From IMG/VR virus record IMGVR_UViG_3300031993_000016: 64,000 bases of DNA. One strand, 5' to 3'. Each line of letters begins with the position of its first letter. The stretch's first letter is position 1. Source of the DNA: a virus (taxonomy: Duplodnaviria; Caudoviricetes). The position numbers and the translations under genes are program-made. Below are positions 18,650-28,121 of this stretch, piece by piece. The notes under the pieces are model-generated. The model saw only the letters and a list, made by a program, of their open reading frames with translations, made no database searches and was not told the origin of the DNA.

Positions 18650-19513
18650 TTAACCTAATATGAACCTCGGTCTTATACAGCCCCAAATACCTTCTGCATT
18701 CTCATAATATGACATATTGCAGCTGTATACAAATGGGAAATATTTTGTAGATACAATATCACGCAACCACCAAGGATTTTTACCATTTGTTATGATTCTA
18801 ATATCTTTGAATGCAGGGAACCTTGTAGGTCGTCCTCCAACATCATATTTAGAACTAGCCCATATGGTTTTACCATACACTTCATACTCACTAAGAATTA
18901 CAGCTTGGCAGGGTACACTATCATCTTCAGATGCATCACTGCTATATTGTGTCATAGAAGATGAACAACCTGTGTATAGTCCTAATCTGTTATATCCGGT
19001 TGGATTTACTTTGTTTGTTAACTCTTCATTACGTGTAATAAGATGTGTAGTGAATTCATTATACAGTTGCTGATTTATGGTTAAATCCGTGCCAGTTGTA
19101 GTAGATGTAGCTACAGGACCTAATAATTCATTATGTATATAGCTTCCAGCGTATCCTTGAGTAGATTCAGTTTCGTCTAATCGCATCTTATATCTACCGA
19201 AATGGAATGAATCATTATATCCTTTACCTGGCACACACACTATATGATGTGATTTAGATACACGAGATAACCAATCAATTCCGATAATAGTTATGTAACT
19301 AGATCCGGTGATGTCGGAATTTGGTGCAGTTATATGACCGTAATCACCATTAACATGCATTTTGAAATAATCACCTGCATATAGGTCTTGATATAAACCA
19401 TATCCATTTATGCCATATAATCTATCCCATAAAGATCCGTCAGTATAATAGTCTGTAATATCTTTAGGGCCTTGAGGTCTTATAGTATTATGTAATTCTT
19501 TTGCTGATGCCAT
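18650..19513 (-). CDS. Receptor-binding-type protein with C-type-lectin-fold (DUF6273/Mtd-like) C-terminus
   Basis: LSEYEVYG...RFPAF...WWLRD...IRPRFILG pattern. Confidence 0.7.
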   Translation of the reverse strand: MASAKELHNTIRPQGPKDITDYYTDGSLWDRLYGINGYGLYQDLYAGDYFKMHVNGDYGHITAPNSDITGSSYITIIGIDWLSRVSKSHHIVCVPGKGYNDSFHFGRYKMRLDETESTQGYAGSYIHNELLGPVATSTTTGTDLTINQQLYNEFTTHLITRNEELTNKVNPTGYNRLGLYTGCSSSMTQYSSDASEDDSVPCQAVILSEYEVYGKTIWASSKYDVGGRPTRFPAFKDIRIITNGKNPWWLRDIVSTKYFPFVYSCNMSYYENAEGIWGCIRPRFILG

Positions 19514-19566
19514 AGAAAAAAAAACCTCCTATGAATAGCTTTCGCCATTATAAAAGGTTCTCATCA

Positions 19567-19917
19567 CTAAATGATTATTTTGTTACTTGGAGTATCTTTT
19601 AAGATTGAAATCTTAGCTTTCATGCCATCTAGCATTTCAAGTGCTTCATCGGCTTGCTCAATCATTACATCAATATCATTAATAACACCGATAACTGGAT
19701 TATTCTGATAAGTGTTCTGAAGAAGTTTTGTTAATTGGATTGCATCTTCTGTACGATCGCTAGGAAATGAAACTACGATAACTTCACCTTCCATCACATC
19801 TAGCACATCAGATTCTAAATTGTTGTTATCATCAGCAATTAACTTTGCTTTGAATGCATCTAAAGTTTTGCAGCCCTCTAACATATCTTCTATATTTGTT
19901 TCTGTGTAGAATTTCAT
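19567..19917 (-). CDS. Hypothetical protein
   Basis: AAGGAG RBS, clean ORF. Confidence 0.7.
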   Translation of the reverse strand: MKFYTETNIEDMLEGCKTLDAFKAKLIADDNNNLESDVLDVMEGEVIVVSFPSDRTEDAIQLTKLLQNTYQNNPVIGVINDIDVMIEQADEALEMLDGMKAKISILKDTPSNKIII

Positions 19918-19982
19918 ATAATCTCCTTACAATCTATTTATGAACACAATATAGCGATTTTCGTCATCAACTAAACCATTAA

Positions 19983-20207
19983 TTACTCTATTTCTTCTGC
20001 AGCAAAAAACTCTAAATGTTCGGCAAAGAAATATCCATCTATAGTTATTTGTTTGAGCTTGTTAATAGCGTCTTCATGACTATCACAGCTGTATTTGAAC
20101 CAGCGTTTAGATTCAAGCTCGGCTTCAAATATGATATTAGATCCAGTTACGTTTGCTAACCGAAATGTTATTAAGCACTTACAATCGGCTACATACACTC
20201 GAATCAT
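19983..20207 (-). CDS. Hypothetical protein
   Basis: AGGAG RBS. Confidence 0.65.
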   Translation of the reverse strand: MIRVYVADCKCLITFRLANVTGSNIIFEAELESKRWFKYSCDSHEDAINKLKQITIDGYFFAEHLEFFAAEEIE

Positions 20208-20211
20208 ATTA

Positions 20212-20412
20212 TCATCTCCTATCTTCTTTTCCTCTAAATCTGCGGCCGCAATGTTCGCAAAACTTAGGGCTGCTACTATTCAAATACTTCTTGCAACGGC
20301 TACACTTGTAAACTGTCTTTGTACTATTTACCCAACCGCCTTGTCTATAATCTTCGTGATACTCTCGATATGTTTCCGTTGTTATGATAATTTTTGCAGT
20401 TCCATCATCCAT
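20212..20412 (-). CDS. Small zinc-ribbon protein
   Basis: YKCSRC...KFCEHCG; GGAGGTG RBS. Confidence 0.75.
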   Translation of the reverse strand: MDDGTAKIIITTETYREYHEDYRQGGWVNSTKTVYKCSRCKKYLNSSSPKFCEHCGRRFRGKEDRR

Positions 20413-20452
20413 AACCTACACCTCCTAATTTCTTATATCTGCTATAACGATT

Positions 20453-22597
20453 TTAGGATCTAGAGGCCCACTCCCATGTAATAGTACCAGAATCAAATAC
20501 TTGTACAAATCCATGCTCAACCATTATCTGTACTTCTGTCTTGTTTAAATCAATTGTGTCGTCATGAAGGAATCTCTTAAGATTTCGTTTCTGAGCATTG
20601 ATTCTGTGATATGCAATATCTGTCATTGTATCTACCCATACATAATTAGGATCCGATCTTCGTATTTCTCTAAATCCTAATGTTTCATAAAGAGTACCCT
20701 TTGTATGCGCTCTATCCGAAAACGAACGAATTTGAGTGGGTGAATAATGTTTGATGAAATATTTAAATAACTTGCTTGCACCACCGACTACCGAAGTATC
20801 TAATTGTGAACAAAATCTAACTAATTCATAACAATTTGATAAATCTGAATCATCGGTACCGATAGTATTTCGCATCTTACCAAAGGTCATCAATGAAACT
20901 AACTCATTTTCATAATACAGCCCTAATCTTATAGAAGCACCTGCAGCACCCTGTCTGTGATTAATTTGTAAAAATTTTCTAGCATCAGAAGATGATACTT
21001 CTTGAACCTTGCATTTTCGAGCATATATAGTATGGCTAGAATCATGTATGAGATTCTTAAGCATTGATATTATTATATTTTGTCGATGAGTCCACTCATA
21101 ACCGAATATATGGAATAGAAATATTCCTTTATCTTTACATTCAACTGATTTATCATAATGATATCTAGGATATTTTGGCTCTGAACCCCAAGGATCTCTT
21201 AAAGATGAATTATGTGTTACTGTAGGATTAAACTCGATTGCTACGTTGTATTTGGGTAGAACTATATCTAGCTCTTTATTATGGAGAATAGTTCTATCAT
21301 GCCGTTTGATTTCAATAGTTGGATTAATTTGTTTTAGTATACTTACAATATCATCTTCACCTGTAGACAACGTAAACTTTATGTAATCTTGCAGACCTAA
21401 TACATTCACCCAATATGATATTGTAGTAGAATTTACACCTAATGCTTCTTCGAGTTCGTGGTATGCAGGAACGTGTGAAAATGATGTTAAATAAGTTTTA
21501 GGGTCATCTAAGAATCTCAGCCACTCGTCTACTTTAGCTGGATCAGATATTTGGTTTTGCTTCCAAGCTTTTAATTGTGAGTATTTATCTACACCAAACT
21601 TAGCTTTGAATCGTTCATGCGCATGCTGCTTACCAACTTCAGAACCTAAATAAGTTGTAGCACCATATCGCTGCATACAAGTTTCGGCTGACTTAGCTTG
21701 TACTTCAGGTGATTGCATAGCATTGTCTACATTGAAGCGTTTTTGTATAGTTTGCTTAGATTTAAATCTTACGATATCAGATGCAATGGCCTCTTCTACA
21801 TTATACACAGATAAGTTTGTTTTACGCCGTTTAGCTACAACTTCGGGATTATTTGCAGGATGTGCATATCCAGTTTTCTGTAGATAGCTTTTCTTATACT
21901 GCTCAATTATTTCTTGAGATTGAAATGGATTCAATACATGATAATGTTCAAACAGTGTAGCTTGTTGCTTTTTCTGAATCTCTGGATTCTGCATAGGCCA
22001 CGCTGCACCATATTTCTTTACATTAGTATCTATAGTTTTTTCGATATATTCTGCGGTACGTGTAAATGATGTATCATCATATCGTTCTAGCATTGTAGCT
22101 TGCATTTTTGCAACAACTTCAGGATTTTGCATAGGATGGTCATATCCTGTTCGTTCTTTATATTTCATGAGTGCTGCTTTACGTTTCTCCGGATCTTGAA
22201 AAGGGTTACCATTTTGAAATCTTAGTTTAAGCATACACTCCTTAGAACAAGTAACTGCATGCTCAACTATACTAAGATCTGTAGTAAATAATTTTCCACA
22301 TATCTTACAAGGGATTTCGTGTATAGATTTGCAAAATCGTTGCGTATTAGATTTAGGTTGAAATGGTTCTCCGCATATTTCACAATATTTTATCACACTA
22401 GCATATCGATTGATTGCACTCAATTTGTTTGTGCATTCTGTACTACAAGCTTGTCTTGTATCATTTTTAGAACATTTAGCTTCAAATTGTGAACCGCATA
22501 CAGTACAAGTTCTTATAATGAGCTTACCACAATCTAATTGACGGGATGATTTAGGTACAAATAATTCACCGCATATTCTACATCGTTTTTCTTTCAT
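20453..22597 (-). CDS. Zn-finger repeats + KYG repeats + Vsr/PD-(D/E)xK-like nuclease + GNAT/Mom-like domain (Hef-like endonuclease)
   Basis: CxxCG..F.P repeats; [KR]YG...P[MF]Q repeats; ELDIVLPKYNVAIEFN; YARKC...NHRQG...ELVRFCS...GGASKLF...SDR...LYETLGF. Confidence 0.8.
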   Translation of the reverse strand: MKEKRCRICGELFVPKSSRQLDCGKLIIRTCTVCGSQFEAKCSKNDTRQACSTECTNKLSAINRYASVIKYCEICGEPFQPKSNTQRFCKSIHEIPCKICGKLFTTDLSIVEHAVTCSKECMLKLRFQNGNPFQDPEKRKAALMKYKERTGYDHPMQNPEVVAKMQATMLERYDDTSFTRTAEYIEKTIDTNVKKYGAAWPMQNPEIQKKQQATLFEHYHVLNPFQSQEIIEQYKKSYLQKTGYAHPANNPEVVAKRRKTNLSVYNVEEAIASDIVRFKSKQTIQKRFNVDNAMQSPEVQAKSAETCMQRYGATTYLGSEVGKQHAHERFKAKFGVDKYSQLKAWKQNQISDPAKVDEWLRFLDDPKTYLTSFSHVPAYHELEEALGVNSTTISYWVNVLGLQDYIKFTLSTGEDDIVSILKQINPTIEIKRHDRTILHNKELDIVLPKYNVAIEFNPTVTHNSSLRDPWGSEPKYPRYHYDKSVECKDKGIFLFHIFGYEWTHRQNIIISMLKNLIHDSSHTIYARKCKVQEVSSSDARKFLQINHRQGAAGASIRLGLYYENELVSLMTFGKMRNTIGTDDSDLSNCYELVRFCSQLDTSVVGGASKLFKYFIKHYSPTQIRSFSDRAHTKGTLYETLGFREIRRSDPNYVWVDTMTDIAYHRINAQKRNLKRFLHDDTIDLNKTEVQIMVEHGFVQVFDSGTITWEWASRS

Positions 22598-22706
22598 TAG
22601 CTCACCTCCTCTATGTAACGATGTATCTATATTATATATTATAACGATATTGATGTCAATAGAATTACCTAAAATCGTTATAGATATTGAAAGGAGGTAT
22701 GTTACA

Positions 22707-24644
22707 TTGCCACAGCATATCTCAGAAAATATAAAACGAATATGTAAAGGTTGTAATAACGAGTTTAAACCGCATGCTAGAAAGCAATTTTACTGCGGTG
22801 AACTTCGTGTGTTTAAATGTAAGAATTGCGGGAAAGAGTTTGAAGCTATATGTAATAGTAGTGTTAAAGCTACATGTTCTGCAAACTGCCAAGCGGAGTA
22901 TATTAAAACTAGACGGAAAGCTTCTGCAGCTAAATTGATTAAAATCTGTAAATGGTGTGGCGAAGAATTTCATCCCGAGTCAGTTAGAGATGCATATTGT
23001 AAAAATATACATTATCAGAAATGTGTTATATGTGGCGCACAATTTGAGATTGATGTTCGGCGAGATCCTTACGTCAAAACTTGTTCAGACAATTGTAGAT
23101 ACATATATGCATTGCAACACCGTGATATTCCTGCAGAAACTCAAAAGTTGAAACAAACACTGCTTGACAAATATGGTGTAGATAATCCTATGAAAATTCT
23201 GGGTACTGTAGATAAAATCAAAGCTACAAATAACATGAGGTTTAATACAGATTGGTATACACAGACGGATGAATATAAAGAACGTGTTAAAGTAACAGAT
23301 CTAGAAAAATATGGAGTAGATCATCATCTGAAATCTGAAGAAGTTATCAATAAACGCATAGCTACTACTCAAAGTCGATACGGTTCTGATAATGTGTTTT
23401 CATCAGAATACGGCAAATCTAAAGTAAAGCAGCGAATGAAGGAGTTATATGGAGTAGAAAATCCATCCCAGTATTTTGAATTTAAGCGAAAAGCCACCGC
23501 TAGTGCAAGAAATTCAAAGTTAGAAATAAAGATAATAGATTTATTCATTAACTATGACATTGAATTTGAGCATCATCGTTTCATTAGCAATAATGATGTT
23601 TCACATGAATTTGACTTCTATCTACCAAAATATAAGATACTTATAGATGCAGATGGTTTATATTATCATAGTTATTTAAATGACCCTGACGGAGGTCGTG
23701 TAAATGATTATTATGATGATATAAGAATAAGTTTAGTTCCTGAGGATCATATGTTTTTCTTGCTTGTAGAAGGCTCTGAAGAGGCACAAGTTAAAGAATT
23801 AGTTAATATATTAGAGCAGATAGATTCTAACATATTCAGCTATGATTCATATTTGTTCAACTGGTGTAGAAGTATCGATTTTCCATATCCGCGATACCCG
23901 GACAATAGGATGCAGAAAGATTATAAACACTTATGCCAATGTGATGTTACAACTTATAATCCAAAATCAAGGTTAGGTTCATCTATTATTGACCAATTCC
24001 ATCGTTCTATATATGATGCGCACGTAGGCAATAATCTGTCACCGGTTGAAGCTTGGTATGATGATAATAAACTAAAACAAGTAATCAAAAACCGACTCAT
24101 ATATAAAAATAATGTCAACCCTTTTAAAATAATGAGAGGTTTCAACATCAGTAAAATATGCCCAAAAATTTCAATATTCAATCCAGTTCTTGCTAGATAT
24201 TTGACAACGAAATATTTAGATTCATATAGTTGCGTATTTGACCCATTTTCAGGATATTCAGGTAGGTTGCTCGGTGTAGCATCGGTAGGTAAACAATATA
24301 TTGGACAAGATTTAAATAATACGGCTGTAAAAGAGTCAAATCAGATAATTGATTATTTAAATCTAATCAACTGCTCAATAACAAATGTTGATATCTTACA
24401 AGATATAGATACAGAATACGAATGCTTACTTACCTGTCCACCATATAATAACAAAGAAATCTATAATGATGAACAAGAATTTAAATCTTGTGATGATTGG
24501 ATTGAGCTGATTTTAAATAAATACAAATGTAGACGATATGTATTTGTAGTAGATAATACGTCACGATATACAGATCATATTGCAGAAACTTTGCAGTCAA
24601 CTTCGCATTTCAATACAGTTGTAGAAAAAGTAATAGTGCTTTAA
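22707..24644 (+). CDS. Zn-finger repeats + KYG repeats + nuclease-like domain + amino-methyltransferase domain
   Basis: Probable TTG start at 22707 behind AGGAGGT; EFDFYLPKYKILIDADGLYYH; SAM motif FDPFSGYSGR; motif IV-like TCPPY; only convincing plus-strand gene. Confidence 0.8.
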   Translation: MPQHISENIKRICKGCNNEFKPHARKQFYCGELRVFKCKNCGKEFEAICNSSVKATCSANCQAEYIKTRRKASAAKLIKICKWCGEEFHPESVRDAYCKNIHYQKCVICGAQFEIDVRRDPYVKTCSDNCRYIYALQHRDIPAETQKLKQTLLDKYGVDNPMKILGTVDKIKATNNMRFNTDWYTQTDEYKERVKVTDLEKYGVDHHLKSEEVINKRIATTQSRYGSDNVFSSEYGKSKVKQRMKELYGVENPSQYFEFKRKATASARNSKLEIKIIDLFINYDIEFEHHRFISNNDVSHEFDFYLPKYKILIDADGLYYHSYLNDPDGGRVNDYYDDIRISLVPEDHMFFLLVEGSEEAQVKELVNILEQIDSNIFSYDSYLFNWCRSIDFPYPRYPDNRMQKDYKHLCQCDVTTYNPKSRLGSSIIDQFHRSIYDAHVGNNLSPVEAWYDDNKLKQVIKNRLIYKNNVNPFKIMRGFNISKICPKISIFNPVLARYLTTKYLDSYSCVFDPFSGYSGRLLGVASVGKQYIGQDLNNTAVKESNQIIDYLNLINCSITNVDILQDIDTEYECLLTCPPYNNKEIYNDEQEFKSCDDWIELILNKYKCRRYVFVVDNTSRYTDHIAETLQSTSHFNTVVEKVIVL

Positions 24645-24663
24645 ACATATTTAATAATGTCAT

Positions 24664-24705
24664 AAAAAAAATAACGCCTGCAAATTATTGCAGGCGTTAT
24701 TTATT
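24664..24705. terminator. Bidirectional intrinsic terminator
   Basis: AAATAACGCCTGCAA / TTGCAGGCGTTATTT perfect stem with A/T tails, between convergent genes. Confidence 0.9.
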
Positions 24706-24758
24706 CATATGATAGACGAGAGGGTGAGATTTCTTTCGTCAAATTTATCTAGGCGATA

Positions 24759-26225
24759 TTAGAATACGCCGAGGATCTTTCCAGAAACTACGGTGTCTGG
24801 GTTGATGACTTTCATGCCGTACATTGTTGCGTAACCCTGCTGTACAGAAGCATTTGCAAGACCAATTGCATCTGTATTGGTTAACGGCATATATTCTCCG
24901 AACAGAGCTGAGTTTCTTCTGATATCCTGAGACTTACAAGCCATTACCCATGTATCTGGGTTGTAGTTAGGATCGCAATAGATCTCGAAGTTGTCAAGCT
25001 TTCCGAGTCTGTAAGGACCTACGTTATCTGTAGCAGTATCTGCTACAAATCCGTTGATCATGCTGATGTAAGAAGCTACGTTTGTACCAACTACAAGTCT
25101 GTTTGCCTGAGCAAGTCTTGTTGCCTGATAGATAGATGAAGCTGCCTGATTCAGCTTAAGCTTGAACATGTTGAGATAATCTGAAGGTACTACAGAACCT
25201 GTAAGTACTGGAGATGCATCCCAGTTGAACTGTGGCTTGAACTGAGCTGCTTTGAGGAGCTCTGCAAATCCTTGTGTATTGATCTCAGCTGTGAGCTCTG
25301 CGAAAGCTGCTTCTTTAGCGATATCAGCGATGTTGCTGCCGTACTCCTGCTGAGCTGCAAATGCAGAATAGATTGACCAATAGCAAGCAAGCTCATGTGC
25401 TTCTGCTACGAGGTTAATCTCATCGAGCTGAAGATATCCTTTAGCCATCTGAGCGCCGTAATCATATCCATATCCACCGTTACCAGGTGTTCTAGGTCCT
25501 ACGTTCTCGTTGTCGTACTGATATGTAGCCTTTACTGAGTTACCAGCTGCAGGTGAAAATGTACCAGCATCTGTGCTGATCATACCTGTTGAATAATCAA
25601 TGTATCCTACAGGTGTTGTGCTACCAGCTGCACAAATATTTCCATTACCATCGTCTACGTAAGATGTAACTGTACCAGCTGCATCATACTTGATTGTAAC
25701 TGTGTTCGGGAGGATTGGAGTATACATGAACATCATGTTATCCTGAATCTCTGTATCTTCAGCTACAACTTCATTCTTTACAACACGTCCTGTGAAGTTA
25801 GGATCAATACCCTGACGGTTTGCAAATGGACTTGAAAGAACGTCACCGGCCTTAGTCTCACCCTTTGTGTTCTCAGCAATGAACTTGAAGTAAGGGATGA
25901 GCTGCTGACGAGATCTCATTGCTACTGAACCAAATACGTCCAGGATGTAAAGCTTCTGAACGAACATTGGGAGGAGCTCAAGAAAATCAGGTCTTGCCAT
26001 GATGTTTGTTGTGTTAGTAGCTGCTGTAATTGTAGCAGAACGCTTGATGTTGCTCTGGAGCTGACGAGTAAAAGCTCTCTGCTCTGGTGTGAGCTTTGCC
26101 ATACTTGCCATTACAGATGACTGAGCCTGACGTCTCTGTACACCTGATGTAACAGATGTAGAAGCAGTTACAGGTCTACGAGCAGCACTGATAGGCATTC
26201 TACGAGTAGTCTTTCTAATAGCCAT
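24759..26225 (-). CDS. Major capsid protein (T4 gp23-like)
   Basis: Directly after the protease gene; ELTAEIN, FGEYMPL...QGYATMYG gp23-like motifs; basic propeptide; strong codon bias. Confidence 0.88.
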   Translation of the reverse strand: MAIRKTTRRMPISAARRPVTASTSVTSGVQRRQAQSSVMASMAKLTPEQRAFTRQLQSNIKRSATITAATNTTNIMARPDFLELLPMFVQKLYILDVFGSVAMRSRQQLIPYFKFIAENTKGETKAGDVLSSPFANRQGIDPNFTGRVVKNEVVAEDTEIQDNMMFMYTPILPNTVTIKYDAAGTVTSYVDDGNGNICAAGSTTPVGYIDYSTGMISTDAGTFSPAAGNSVKATYQYDNENVGPRTPGNGGYGYDYGAQMAKGYLQLDEINLVAEAHELACYWSIYSAFAAQQEYGSNIADIAKEAAFAELTAEINTQGFAELLKAAQFKPQFNWDASPVLTGSVVPSDYLNMFKLKLNQAASSIYQATRLAQANRLVVGTNVASYISMINGFVADTATDNVGPYRLGKLDNFEIYCDPNYNPDTWVMACKSQDIRRNSALFGEYMPLTNTDAIGLANASVQQGYATMYGMKVINPDTVVSGKILGVF

Positions 26226-26262
26226 AGTACTAATCTCCTTTGCTATATATTAAATTTGAATT

Positions 26263-27726
26263 TTATATTGTTACGAGGCCATCATCATCTACGTCATCAA
26301 TAACATCGATTAACTGTGTAGTTTCAAGTATTGGTTGTTGACGTACTGTAGAACTTCCGATTATGGATTCAAGTTCTTTTACAGATGTGGTTGAAGTCAC
26401 TCGCACATCTTCGAGGTGAACACCAAGTGCACTTGCATATAATGAAGCATATGCATTTTGATAGTCCTCTATCAATGCAGTCGCTGCTGACACCTCGTCT
26501 TTAAGCTTCTTAATCTTTGCATCCAGGTTAGATGTCCTCTCTTCAGCATTCGTTGCTGCGGTGACGGTTTCACTAAGTTCCGAGCGAAGATTGGAAATGA
26601 CAGAATCTTTTTCTTGAATGTCATTAGCGGTGGCTTCTATCCTCTGTTTATATTTAAGGTTATCCTTCAATATACGATCATTTTCCATTTTTAATCTACT
26701 AGAAGCAGTAATCAATTGAGAATTTTTCTGCTCTAATCTAGTATTTGCTGCGATCAATTTTGCATTTTCTGATTTCAATTTACGTGAAGCTGCTTGAATT
26801 GTTTTATATGCAGTGATTGATTTTGCAAGTTCTGTTTCATAATCCTGTGTCTGGGCAGCTGTTATTCTACGAATTGAATCTATTTTACGAGCAGAATCTT
26901 TGGTAAATTTTCTTAAATTTGTACTTGCTGTAAGCAATTCAGACTCAAGAGTTGTGTTTTTAGCTTTTTCTGCTAAATATAGCTCCATAACACCTTCTAA
27001 TTGCTCTTCAGTTATATCAATGTCATCTTCAATGATCGGATCTAGATCATTAGGGTCAAGCAATTCAGCCTTTCTATCCTCAATCATCTGATATTCGTCA
27101 GATTGTCCTGCAAACTGTGATTGAACTAAGTCAAGTGTTTCGGCAGATGTAATTTCAGATAAGTTGGCTTTAACTGCTGCGCATACTGCTTGATATTTCT
27201 TACGCTTCTCTAAATCAGTTGAAGCTGCAATCTCTGTAAATGTTGGAATAGCTTCTTTATATGCAGGAAACGATACAAGATCAAATCCACGAAATACAAA
27301 TGTATCAGGGTCAACGGAATTGTCGATAATGTCGCCAGCGCCTCTAACAGATATTCCGAAAGTAACTCCGGCATCAATGAATGATTTAATTACACGACCT
27401 ACAGGAGTATCAATGAGATCAAATTCACCATAAACTTTACCGTCATCTGCAATATGACCTTCTCGCATGATGATGCAAGCATCTTTAAATTCTTGACAAT
27501 TTGGGTCTTCTGGATGTCCTGCGAATCCTAAATACCACCCGTTTTCAATTGCTTGTTTATAGATGTCAGATGCAAATACATTCTCCCATACTTCTCGAGT
27601 TATGTCTAACCCATTCTCGTTTGTAATATTAGCATCGGCACACATACCCGAAAAGTGACCAATGACAGTCGGCTTCTTATTAGCAACATCTGCTTCCACT
27701 TTATTAATCTTACTCAAACATATCAC
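26263..27726 (-). CDS. Prohead protease (T4 gp21-like) fused to a coiled-coil scaffold
   Basis: GHP, DTPVGR, GISVRG.G, FDLVSFPA motifs; long heptad C-terminus. Confidence 0.88.
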   Translation of the reverse strand: MICLSKINKVEADVANKKPTVIGHFSGMCADANITNENGLDITREVWENVFASDIYKQAIENGWYLGFAGHPEDPNCQEFKDACIIMREGHIADDGKVYGEFDLIDTPVGRVIKSFIDAGVTFGISVRGAGDIIDNSVDPDTFVFRGFDLVSFPAYKEAIPTFTEIAASTDLEKRKKYQAVCAAVKANLSEITSAETLDLVQSQFAGQSDEYQMIEDRKAELLDPNDLDPIIEDDIDITEEQLEGVMELYLAEKAKNTTLESELLTASTNLRKFTKDSARKIDSIRRITAAQTQDYETELAKSITAYKTIQAASRKLKSENAKLIAANTRLEQKNSQLITASSRLKMENDRILKDNLKYKQRIEATANDIQEKDSVISNLRSELSETVTAATNAEERTSNLDAKIKKLKDEVSAATALIEDYQNAYASLYASALGVHLEDVRVTSTTSVKELESIIGSSTVRQQPILETTQLIDVIDDVDDDGLVTI

Positions 27727-27731
27727 CTCTC

Positions 27732-28082
27732 TTATTTCATCAACTTACCTGCAAGCCGAACCATACCGCCTACAAGTAGTGTTTTAGCAATTTCTTTAAG
27801 TACTCCGGACTCTATTAGCTGTTCGTCATCTAGCATAACTTCAATAGAATCGTCTAAATTTTCGTATGCTTCTACATTTGCATCTTCTACTGCATCTACG
27901 ACAGATTCATCGACACTAATTTCAGTAACATCTTTATCATCTATTATATATGTAGAATCTCCAATGTTAAGCTGAAGTTTATCGTCTATAGTTTCTGTAA
28001 TACCTATTTCATACTCATTGAGCTCATCAATCTGAGATAATAAATCTATTAATGATGCAGGAGTAAACACTATATTGCTCAT
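27732..28082 (-). CDS. Acidic protein in the head operon
   Basis: Start MSNIVF at 28082 with AAGGAGG RBS; class II motif upstream. Confidence 0.75.
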   Translation of the reverse strand: MSNIVFTPASLIDLLSQIDELNEYEIGITETIDDKLQLNIGDSTYIIDDKDVTEISVDESVVDAVEDANVEAYENLDDSIEVMLDDEQLIESGVLKEIAKTLLVGGMVRLAGKLMK

Positions 28083-28121
28083 AATAAGCCTCCTTAGTAC
28101 CAATGTTATCTATATAGAAGG

